Shown here: piece by piece, positions 1 through 8,900 of the stretch | Layout of the letters: every line of letters starts with the position of its first letter | How positions within the stretch are numbered: the first letter of the stretch is position 1 | Position numbers and translations under genes: made by a program | Virus record (IMG/VR): IMGVR_UViG_3300043184_000101 | Location: 1-44,288 of that record | Direction: 5' to 3' (one strand) | DNA from: a virus | Lineage: Duplodnaviria > Caudoviricetes | DNA: 44,288 nucleotides | Notes under the pieces: generated by a model | The model's database searches: none | Told to the model about the DNA's origin: nothing | Seen by the model: the letters and a program-made list of their open reading frames with translations, nothing else

Positions 1-231
1 CTGTAATTTTTGCTAGGTAGAAAAGAGAAAAAATGCGAAGAATCTAGAAAATAAACAGTAGAAAAAGTAAGTGGCTAGACAGTAGTGGGTTTATCAAAGA
101 AGTCAAAAAGAAGAGATCTGTCTAGCCGTTTACAATTCTTATTTGTAGGATTGAATGTATCAATGTAAGAATAAGATAAAAGATCAATGGTAAGTTAGCA
201 AGTAAATATGTAGTAACACATAAGTAAATAG

Positions 232-253
232 AGGGTTACATTTCTGTAACCCT
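232..253. terminator. Intrinsic terminator hairpin ending the lysis operon (possibly bidirectional)
   Basis: AGGGTTACA-tttc-TGTAACCCT perfect 9-bp stem 14 bp downstream of the last minus-strand gene, with T-rich flanks. Confidence 0.7.
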
Positions 254-267
254 TTTGTAAAAGAAAA

Positions 268-702
268 TTATTTCTTGCCTTGAGCCTGTTTGTAGAAAAA
301 GACAGCGGATTGGACGGCAGTAAGCAGAGTAGTTTTATCTAGATTCAACACGTCGCTAACAGTTTTAAGGGTAAATTCGTCTAGCTTAACCTCTTTGCCA
401 TTTTGGACAAGTTCAAGCAAACGTAACCTTAGAGCCTCAGCAGCGAGACGTTGCCTACCACCATCACGTACAAGCTCATTGGTGCTAGTGAGAATATCTT
501 TAACGCTAGTGTCTAGATTTTTAGCAGCTTCCAGAAGCAAATCATCAGCTTTTGAGGGTGTAGCTTTTGTTACCAACTCAACTATTGGAAAGGCTGTTTG
601 AGCTAGACTTGATATTTGGTTTATTGCTTGGTTTAGTTTCTTGTTTGTAAATAAGTTAGCAAAAAATCCACCTATCTTTTTAAAGAAGTTAGAAAAAGAC
701 AT
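268..702 (-). CDS. Hypothetical lysis-cassette protein with N-terminal amphipathic helix
   Basis: 144-aa ORF, SD AAGGAGA upstream, last gene of the operon; MSFSNFFKKIGGFFANLF is amphipathic. Confidence 0.7.
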   Translation of the reverse strand: MSFSNFFKKIGGFFANLFTNKKLNQAINQISSLAQTAFPIVELVTKATPSKADDLLLEAAKNLDTSVKDILTSTNELVRDGGRQRLAAEALRLRLLELVQNGKEVKLDEFTLKTVSDVLNLDKTTLLTAVQSAVFFYKQAQGKK

Positions 703-780
703 ATTAAATTATCTCCTTGATTGTGAATGAGTTAATAATGAGTTAATGTTGTTTGAAAGGGTAAAGTATAGATTGATTTA

Positions 781-1590
781 CTAGGGATTAAGTCTGTCTA
801 CTAAGAATAAAACATTGCCAGCGCCATTTAAGATCCTAAGCACTTTGACAGTAGGGCGAACAAAGAACTTATCAAACTTATTCTTTGGAGGCTTAGGGTT
901 AATAATTGGGTCAATGAGGTGATGAGATAAGTCTGATAAGTTATTAGTAAGCAAGGACACATTGTAGGTAGTATCCTTAATATTACTTAGAGTTTGGATT
1001 AAATTGGGGTCATTGGTTAGAACTTCTAAACTCTTAGCACTGCCCTTTAATTGTGCAAGTGTAGCGATTAATTCTGGCTCTGATTTGATGATCAGGCTTT
1101 CGCTAGTTCTAAGGATAGATTGAACCTGGTCACCATTTTGTTTTAATTGATGAGTAGTTTCTTGGGTTAAAGAGTCTAGAGAGCCAATTTGTTTTTTAAG
1201 GGAAGAAATGGTTTCTTTAGCGTCGTTCTTAAGCTCATCAATAGCAGGCTGGATGTGTTTTTCCAGGGTGTTTACGGTAGCAACAGTTAAGCGGGTTGCT
1301 CCTTTTGTTGCCTCATCTGTTGATTTAATTTGTGACCTGGTGGCCTCATCAATGTAGGCTAGTCTTTCTGGAGTAACAAAATTGTCTACTTTTGTGATTA
1401 AAGATTTGCCGCTAGCTATTGTGCTAATTAGTTCTGGTGAGGTTTGGGTTATTGCTTGTCTTCCTTCCCTAACTAATAAAGCAAGTTCATATAAACAATA
1501 ACTTGCTGTAATTGGGACTGATAGAGTAACTAAAAAGACCACAGACAAAATACTAGAAATAATTAAATATTTGGTTTTCTTTTGGATCAT
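781..1590 (-). CDS. Membrane-anchored helical/coiled-coil protein (possible spanin-like lysis accessory)
   Basis: N-terminal KKTK plus hydrophobic TM segment followed by a long helical region; directly downstream of the endolysin. Confidence 0.6.
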   Translation of the reverse strand: MIQKKTKYLIISSILSVVFLVTLSVPITASYCLYELALLVREGRQAITQTSPELISTIASGKSLITKVDNFVTPERLAYIDEATRSQIKSTDEATKGATRLTVATVNTLEKHIQPAIDELKNDAKETISSLKKQIGSLDSLTQETTHQLKQNGDQVQSILRTSESLIIKSEPELIATLAQLKGSAKSLEVLTNDPNLIQTLSNIKDTTYNVSLLTNNLSDLSHHLIDPIINPKPPKNKFDKFFVRPTVKVLRILNGAGNVLFLVDRLNP

Positions 1591-1651
1591 AAGGGTTTTC
1601 CAATATAGGTTAGATAGGTTAAGAAGATAGGAACATGGAGGTAATTGGCAA

Positions 1652-2182
1652 TTATTTAACGCCTAAGACTTTTTTAGCCGTTGCATAATAACGGTCACGG
1701 TCAGCCTTACCATTGAACCCGCCATTGACCAGTTTGGTTATAGAGTCAAACTTTTGTTGGTCAGCTAGTTTATTAAGCTCTCTGCTTTCAAAAAAATGGC
1801 CTGCAATTCTAAAACCTATTTCAGGATTTGAAGCTAGTTTAGGATTATTTTCTAAGTCAACGCCTAACGCTTTTCCTACTTCGCGATAATTTGCACGGCC
1901 TGTTAATTGAATGGGGCCACGTCCTTTGAAGCGAACGCCATCACCTGCAACAACATTACCTAGGTCTTTGCGGCCTTCGTAATTGGAGCCACTAGCAAGT
2001 TCCTCAAAGTATTTAAGTTGAGCGCTCTCATGAGCGAGTTGGCTTACAAATGCTGCTATCCTTAAAGGTGTATTAATTTGAAATTCATCCATAGCAGAGT
2101 TTAGATGGGGCAAGTAAGTCTCAGCTTTGGTTTTAGGAAGAGTGGGCATCATAGCCCTAAGCTGCTCAATTGTAATAAGCAT
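1652..2182 (-). CDS. Endolysin, glycoside hydrolase family 19 (chitinase-like)
   Basis: Motifs AAFVSQLAHES, FKGRGPIQLTGRANY, ITKLVNGGFNG..DR; SD AAGGAGA. Confidence 0.93.
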   Translation of the reverse strand: MLITIEQLRAMMPTLPKTKAETYLPHLNSAMDEFQINTPLRIAAFVSQLAHESAQLKYFEELASGSNYEGRKDLGNVVAGDGVRFKGRGPIQLTGRANYREVGKALGVDLENNPKLASNPEIGFRIAGHFFESRELNKLADQQKFDSITKLVNGGFNGKADRDRYYATAKKVLGVK

Positions 2183-2233
2183 AGTATCTCCTTATAGGTT
2201 TAGAGTTATATAAAAATAGGTTTGATTTTTAGG

Positions 2234-2485
2234 TTATTGGGCTTGAGAGGAACGAAAGTGGTTAAAAAGAAAACCAAGTAAACTTACGATGAAGCCAGCT
2301 AAGGCTCCAGTAAATCTAGCATTAGACTTAAAGCTAGAAATATCGGTGTGTATTTGATTAGTTTTCTCTTCTAATTTTTCTAATTTGTTATCTTGTTGGT
2401 CAAGACGGAACATAACGAGCTTTTGATATTCGTTCCAAGTTTCGTTATATTGAGGCATTACAGTGGTTCCTTTTTGTTGGTTCAT
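2234..2485 (-). CDS. Holin-like small membrane protein
   Basis: 83 aa, coiled coil plus one C-terminal TM (FTGALAGFIVSLLGFLF), immediately upstream of the endolysin. Confidence 0.65.
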   Translation of the reverse strand: MNQQKGTTVMPQYNETWNEYQKLVMFRLDQQDNKLEKLEEKTNQIHTDISSFKSNARFTGALAGFIVSLLGFLFNHFRSSQAQ

Positions 2486-2547
2486 AATTTTACCTCTTTT
2501 AATTATTGATAAAGTTGAGTTTATGCAATATGTTGAATATATTGTTC

Positions 2548-3516
2548 TTAGCTAGCATCGCCACCACCGCTTCCACCACCATCACCACCAAAATTATCTG
2601 TAGTGATAAAATAACTTTTAACCGTTCCTGTTTTCTTAAGTAAGTTGATAGAGTTTTCAGGAGAATTAGCAGGGATAAGAAAGTTATTTATTGTGTCCAT
2701 TTGTGGAACATTGCGGTTAAGTAAGCTTTCAGGATCTTTAGCAACTAGGACTCGGTTTATGTCTCTAGCCTGGAATTGTAGTTTTAAGTTTGAGTATTTT
2801 GTTTGTAGGCAAGGATCTGAGTCTGGAGAAGTGTCTATGAGTAGACGCTCATTAGTTTGTCCAAAATCGTTGCGAGTAAGGATTAAGTTGGCTAGAGGGT
2901 TATTGCCTAATAAGTCAATCCTCAACCAAGTACCAAAGTCTACACTATAACTAAAGCCAAATTGGTTGCAGAGTTTTTGAATAGCTTGTCCTAGAGTTGA
3001 GTTTTCTACAGCAAAAGGTTGAAGATCCTCGTTTGCATTAGTTGTATCAACCCAAGGAGGTGGCTCACTTGATTGCCTAATTACCAAGTTTAAGCGGCTT
3101 CTAGTGTCACCATTAGGTTGTTGTGTTGCGCTTAGCCCACCACCTAAGGCTAGCAATGCTAGTGCATGAACTGTTATGGGTTGAGGGAAAAGCTGACGAT
3201 AACTAAAAGGCTCTACGTTAAGAAAAATACTCTCAAAATCCCTACAAGTTATTTGATAAACGCGATAAGGGAAAAACTCTGGTAATAGCTGAATTGCTCC
3301 AACTTCACCACCAAATAGCTTTTCTACTGTTCCATCTTTGTAAGTATAAACAATAGAAACAAGTTGTCGGTGTTTTGGAGGAGGTTCTGTTCCATTGAGC
3401 TTGATTTGGAAAGACGCTCTTTTTCCTCCGTTGCCTCCACTATGAGAGATTTGAGGGATAGAAAATGAGCGATAAAAGTTAAACCCGATTTGGATGGAAA
3501 AGCCTTGTTCTTGCAT
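2548..3516 (-). CDS. Minor tail/tail-tip protein, paralog of the N-terminal part of 3557-5275
   Basis: Position after tape measure; shares a ~53-aa block (RVLVAKDPESLLNRNVPQMD...KKTGTVKSYFIT) with the neighbouring gene. Confidence 0.7.
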   Translation of the reverse strand: MQEQGFSIQIGFNFYRSFSIPQISHSGGNGGKRASFQIKLNGTEPPPKHRQLVSIVYTYKDGTVEKLFGGEVGAIQLLPEFFPYRVYQITCRDFESIFLNVEPFSYRQLFPQPITVHALALLALGGGLSATQQPNGDTRSRLNLVIRQSSEPPPWVDTTNANEDLQPFAVENSTLGQAIQKLCNQFGFSYSVDFGTWLRIDLLGNNPLANLILTRNDFGQTNERLLIDTSPDSDPCLQTKYSNLKLQFQARDINRVLVAKDPESLLNRNVPQMDTINNFLIPANSPENSINLLKKTGTVKSYFITTDNFGGDGGGSGGGDAS

Positions 3517-3556
3517 AGTATTACTTATAATGTAACGATTAAGCCGTTAGTCTTAT

Positions 3557-5275
3557 TTAATGACAAGTGATGTATAAAGAGAATGCAGAGCGAGAGCTAA
3601 TTAAAGCTAGATTTGTAAACTCTTCTGAGTAGCCATTTGACCCAGGGGTTAATGTAGCTTCTAGATGGACGTTAATAGTAACAACAGAACCAATTGCAGG
3701 TCTTAAATCAATAGGAGGTAAGGATCCTTGGATGCTGCTGCTTTTTTCTTCTGATCTAAAGTAGAAACCAGGGGAAGTTCCTTCGCCAGTTCCACCACCT
3801 TCATAGAAAATTGATGTGTTGATGTTTTGTGATACTCCAACGCCACTTACTTCTATCATTGAATTGGCTGAGTAGCTTGCAGCAGGGAAAGTACCAAAGT
3901 TAGCAGGTAAGCCAATAGATGACCCACTTACAAAAGAATAGTAGTCTAATGTAAGAGTACTAAGGGTAGTTAAGCTTTCATGAGTTAAATCTAATGTAAT
4001 GGTGTAGTCCTCGCTATAAGTGCCTTCTTGTGCATCAGCAGGAGGGTTAAAGAATTGATAAGGAGAAATAACAATATCAGCAGAAGCCTCTTTAGGTATA
4101 AGAGGTGTGTTAGTTAAAAGTATTTTGTTTGCATTGCCAGCAGTTAAAGCAAAATAGCTATAATCACAAGGGTTAGGTGGAACAATCCCTGCTTGGTCTA
4201 CAGTATGGAAGACTTGATTTTGTTCACCTTCTACTAAAATGCTACCACTTCTTGGTGCAAATTCATTTGGTGCGACACTAAAAGCCACTACACCATTGCC
4301 ATTGCCACTTGTGTTTCCTGTTAAAGTAATCCAATCATCTTGGCTGATTGCGTTCCAACTACAACCGTTATCATCAATTACATCAAAGCTTCCTTGCCCA
4401 CCTTCTTTAGGGAAACTACTGAAAAATGGGTTAATTGTTAAATTACAAGGTGGTTGATTAGGGGTGATAAAGTATTGTTTTACTGTGTTTGTTTTTTTGA
4501 GCAAATCAACTTGGTTTGTTGGTGAGTTAGGCAAAATCAGGTAATTATTGATGCTGTCCATCTGTGGAACACCGCGATTAAGTAAACTCTCACTATTTTT
4601 AGCAACAACAACTCTAGTAATTTCAGGGTAAATAAAGCTAGGTTTAAGAGAATCGTGATTAAATGATTGGCATTGCCCTAAACGGTTAGCCTCCACATCA
4701 ATTTCCTTATTGCTAGATATTTGACTATGTTGCCACAACACTAAAAACCCAGTTTCGGGTTCGATAAACCATTGAATACCAAGAGATTTACATAAATCAT
4801 CAAGGCAAGCATCTAAATATTGCCCAATATATTGACGCTCTAGGACTGTATCCAAGATGGAGTTTTCACTATCTACAATATTTCCAATCTGATAACGAAC
4901 GTTAGTAATAAAAGGTCTGGCACCACTTGTGTCTAGAAGTTGGTTTATGATGAAGGAAAAAGGGTGATTAAACTTAGCTATAATAGGGTTGCGTCTAGTA
5001 TGAGTGTAATAGCCTAACGCATTATAGCTAGTTAAGTAATTATCAAAATCTCTTGAACGAGAAAGAATATTCCCTACAAAAACTTGTTCTCCAGAATATA
5101 AAACTTCAATTTTGGCTCGTTCTGTTTCTGTCCAAGGTAGAGGAGTTTTCCCTACAATATCAAAGGAAAAACTCGTTCCACCTTTGGCTGTAGAATGGGT
5201 CAATTTTGGTTTATTACTAAATTTGATAGGGTCAGCTAAATTTCCTATTTTTATGCTCCAACCTTCGCTAAACAT
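3557..5275 (-). CDS. Tail-tip protein: hub-like N-terminus, BACON domain, C-terminal beta-rich putative receptor-binding domain
   Basis: BACON signature GGQGSFDV...CSWNAISQDDWITL...GNGVVAFSVAPN..PRSGSILV; tail module position. Confidence 0.78.
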   Translation of the reverse strand: MFSEGWSIKIGNLADPIKFSNKPKLTHSTAKGGTSFSFDIVGKTPLPWTETERAKIEVLYSGEQVFVGNILSRSRDFDNYLTSYNALGYYTHTRRNPIIAKFNHPFSFIINQLLDTSGARPFITNVRYQIGNIVDSENSILDTVLERQYIGQYLDACLDDLCKSLGIQWFIEPETGFLVLWQHSQISSNKEIDVEANRLGQCQSFNHDSLKPSFIYPEITRVVVAKNSESLLNRGVPQMDSINNYLILPNSPTNQVDLLKKTNTVKQYFITPNQPPCNLTINPFFSSFPKEGGQGSFDVIDDNGCSWNAISQDDWITLTGNTSGNGNGVVAFSVAPNEFAPRSGSILVEGEQNQVFHTVDQAGIVPPNPCDYSYFALTAGNANKILLTNTPLIPKEASADIVISPYQFFNPPADAQEGTYSEDYTITLDLTHESLTTLSTLTLDYYSFVSGSSIGLPANFGTFPAASYSANSMIEVSGVGVSQNINTSIFYEGGGTGEGTSPGFYFRSEEKSSSIQGSLPPIDLRPAIGSVVTINVHLEATLTPGSNGYSEEFTNLALISSRSAFSLYITCH

Positions 5276-5913
5276 TAAAGTATATCTCCACCATTTCCTC
5301 CATCACCAGAGCCAGCACTAGTGACGAGAATGTCTATCCTACGGGCAGAAAGAGGAAGGCTAGCTTTTATATTTCCTTCGCTTGCAAGCTCAAAAAGGTC
5401 TTTTTCTAAAATAGGAGAGCAAGAGCATTGCCGTTGTAGAAATCCACCAATATCAACAAAATTGATTTGCTGAATAGGCCAAGTCACGTCCACTTGGTCT
5501 ACTGTATCTTTATAGCGAATACCATCAAGCAAGCTAACTCTCTCAAATGTGTTGAAAGAAAAGCCTCCACGAAGTTGAGTTAAAAAAGCTAGTTCAGCCC
5601 TAGCTTGTTGTTCACACTCTACATTGCTCATAGCTTGTTCATTAAAAATGACTTGAGTGTAAAGACCATCTCCTGCCATTTCTGCTGCTAGGAATTGGGC
5701 TTGCAAGCCTGTAGCAATAGCCTCTCCAGACGCATAGATTTGCACCTCAATAACTGTTTCTGTTCCACCATTAGGCGCATAAAAGCTTTTAGGCTGTTTT
5801 AGGAATATCTTTCCGTTAGCCTGATCAATGTAGGCTGTGTAATCATCTCCAAACTGTTCTGATAAAGGCTTGGTTGGATCTAAGAATGCTAAAGTAAAAT
5901 TAATTGTTGCCAT
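5275..5913 (-). CDS. Minor tail protein resembling the C-terminal half of a tail hub protein
   Basis: Directly after tape measure, stop/start overlap (TAATG) with the next gene; pattern GDGLYTQVIFNEQ...QARAELA...GFSFNT. Confidence 0.6.
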   Translation of the reverse strand: MATINFTLAFLDPTKPLSEQFGDDYTAYIDQANGKIFLKQPKSFYAPNGGTETVIEVQIYASGEAIATGLQAQFLAAEMAGDGLYTQVIFNEQAMSNVECEQQARAELAFLTQLRGGFSFNTFERVSLLDGIRYKDTVDQVDVTWPIQQINFVDIGGFLQRQCSCSPILEKDLFELASEGNIKASLPLSARRIDILVTSAGSGDGGNGGDIL

Positions 5914-5922
5914 TGGTTTTGT

Positions 5923-8900
5923 TTAACCTCTACGAGCTAGATTAGCTCCATTAAGTTGGCGCAGTCTGTCTTGGTTTACTTGGTTTTGTTGGCTCATTAG
6001 GTCAGAGAAGAGGTCTTTTAACTGATTGACTGTTTTGTTATCTCCAAGAAATCCTTGCACTTGTAGGTTTACTGTTACTTGGTTGTTATTATTTTGATTA
6101 ATAGATTGGCTTGTTGAATTGTTTGTTGAATCAACAGGCTGACCTTGGGCATTGTTGTTTTCAGCTATTGAAGCCTTGTTATTTGTAGGGGTTGAAGGGT
6201 TAGAAGGGTTAGAAGGGTTGTTTGCTGATTGATTAGGCGTTTTAGGTGAAACACCAACGGCAGCATCAGGAGCTACCGGAACAAACCCTTTTTTAGAAGC
6301 ACCTTCGCCATCACCATTTTGAGTATCTTTTTCACGATTAGCAAAGAAACCCTGTTCATCATCTGTTAGATCACGACCACGAGGGACTTCTGGAGCTTTT
6401 GGAACAGTAGGTTTGTCTTTGTCTCCAAATCCGTCGTTACCTTTATCACCAGGAAGACCACCACCAGGTTGATTAGAAGAACCATCAATAATAGGGCTAT
6501 CTTTAATGCCAACTCCTTTAGCACCTTTGTCTTTACCTGCTTTAGTAACCTTTTCTACAAGCTTAATAAATTGATCAGCAATATCAGTAGTTCTTTTCTT
6601 GATGCCTTTAAGGTTAGTAAAGGATTTACCATCTTTGAAATCAATAGTTACAATCACGTTAATAACGTTATTTTCAGTCCCACCAAAAAAAACGCTATTG
6701 ATGTTTTTTTGGTAAACATCTTCTGCATTAGGTGCTAAATCAGGGTTCGATAAGATTGCAGTAAAGGCATAAGCTCTAAAAGCTTCTCTACCTAGAGCTT
6801 TAGCTTCGGCCTCGATTTGATTACCTTTTTTGCCTTTAAGGAATAAGTCTCCTGAGCCAGGAGCGTTAACGTCTGTTACTCCTGCTTTTTGTAGCATAGC
6901 CTCTAAGATTTGTAGCACTAGAGCTTTGTATTCTTCTCCTGTTTTGATTTGAGGAGGGATAGTTGGATAAGTTCCGTTTCCTGTAGAGTTAGAGGATTTA
7001 TTTTGATTTACTAGATTTTGTGAGTTTTGTGATTTTGGGTTAAGTCCAATATTATTATTAGGTTGAGAGTTAGAGTTAGTGTTAGAGTTAGCGTTAGGAT
7101 TGTTGTTTATATTAGGTGAACTACTGTCATTTATAGGACTATTAGGGTTGTTAGCTGGTGAGTTAGGGTTAGAGTTAGGGTTAGAGTTTGGGTTAGCTCC
7201 AATATCACCATTAGGTTGTTGGACTGCGCTGATAATATTGCTGCCTATAGTTCCAGTTGCTCCTGAGGTATTAAAAGGTGAGGATGAAGGGCTACCACTA
7301 TTATTATTTTGGTTATTAGTAGTATTACTTGACGGGTTTGTAGGGGAAGCACTGGAGCTATTATTTGCAGCATTGTTAGTTTGTTGGTTTTGGCTAGCTA
7401 CTTCATCCTTAAATTGTTTGAGTTTCTTTAAGATATCATCAATTGCTTTTCCTGTAAGACCAGCGTTCTTAGCAAAATCAGTAAAGAACTTTTCAGCAGC
7501 AGCACCTCCATCATTGAAAGATTTTGAGATTTCAGCTAGGGATTCAGCTGTCTTGGTGCGTAGTTCTTCTACGTGTTTCTTATACTCTTCACGTTCCTTT
7601 TTGAGAGCTTCTCTTAGCTGCTTATCCTTGTCATCAAAAGATTTAGTCCTATCATCAAACTCTTTCTTTTGCTGATCAATAAAGTCTTTTCTTCTTTGCT
7701 CCTGGTCAGCTTTTTCTTTTGCTAAAGCTTTATCTCTTGCTTCTTGTTCAGCAGCATATCGCTTACGGTCTAGTTCTAGTTTTTCTTTTGTAAACTCTTC
7801 AGCTTGTTGTTTTTGTTTCTCAAAGTTAGCTTTAATGGCTGCTAAGGTTTCTTCACTTACTTTACCACGAAATTTCTTAAGCTCGTCTTCTGCTTTTTCT
7901 TCTATGTCAAATTTTTTGTCAATGCCATCTATTTGAATAGAAAGCTCTTTTTCTATTTGGTCTATTTCTTCACTAGTTTTAGCACCTTTCCTTTTCTCGT
8001 CAGCTTGTTTACGAGCAGCTTCTATTTCTTCCCCTTTTTTGGCCTCTCTTGCAAGCCTAGCTTTATCATCTTCAGCTAAATCGCTTAATTCTTTTCGTTT
8101 TTTCTTGATGTCTTCTTCTATTTTAAGTTTATCTTCTGGGTTAGCTTTTGATTGTTTGGCTAAAAGGTCATTAATTTCAGCCTCTAAATTAGCCTTTTTG
8201 CTTAGGGATTCTTCTTCGGCTTTGGTTTTCTCTTTTTCAAAATTAGTCTTTATATTAAGTAATTCTTCTTGGAAACTAAGTTCTTTTTGGATCTTTTGTT
8301 GGTTTTTTGCATCCTGTCTTTCAAGCTCTTGTTGGGCTTGTTTTTCGTCAAAGTCCTTAAGTTTATCCGCTTGTTGCTTACGTAAGTTAAATAATGAGTT
8401 AGGGTTATTAGGATCTTCTCTGTCCTTATCGTTTTGTTTAATTTGATCCTTGATTTCGTTACGTTTTTCTTCACTATCTTCTAAGAGCCTTTGGAGTTCT
8501 TTTTCTAGATTGCTCGCTATATCAATGGTTTCTTGTGCTGCTCTACGCCTCTCAGCTAATTCTCTCTCTTGCGCTTCCTTAAAGCGTTCAAATTCTTCTT
8601 TAGTAATTCTTTCAGTTAGAATTTTTTGTATTTGTTCAGCAGTATCTTCAAATGATTTAATAACAGCATCTTTGCCAGGAAAGGCCAAAGTAGCACTAAA
8701 TCTAATAGAATCAGCATCAGCACGTAAATCAATTATTTGTTGTTTAAGCTCTTCTACACTAGCTTTAGACGCATCAAAGTTTTGCTTGATGGAGAGAATC
8801 TTTCCAGCAGTCTTTTGTATAGCGCTATTAAGATCGTCTATTTCTTTTTCATTTTCTTTTATAGAGTCTTTGAATTTAGAAGCATTTTTATCACTATCCT

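Noticed and set aside
73-127. 10-bp inverted repeat GGCTAGACAG / CTGTCTAGCC
   Set aside because: Short, at the window edge and with no partner feature; cannot be called an att site or element end
2603-4621. DGR template/variable repeat or shufflon in the duplicated tail block
   Set aside because: Differences are largely synonymous and not adenine-specific; no reverse transcriptase or invertase in the window
7140-7185. TTAGGG telomere-like hexamers
   Set aside because: A by-product of Asn-Pro codons on the minus strand of the tape measure gene
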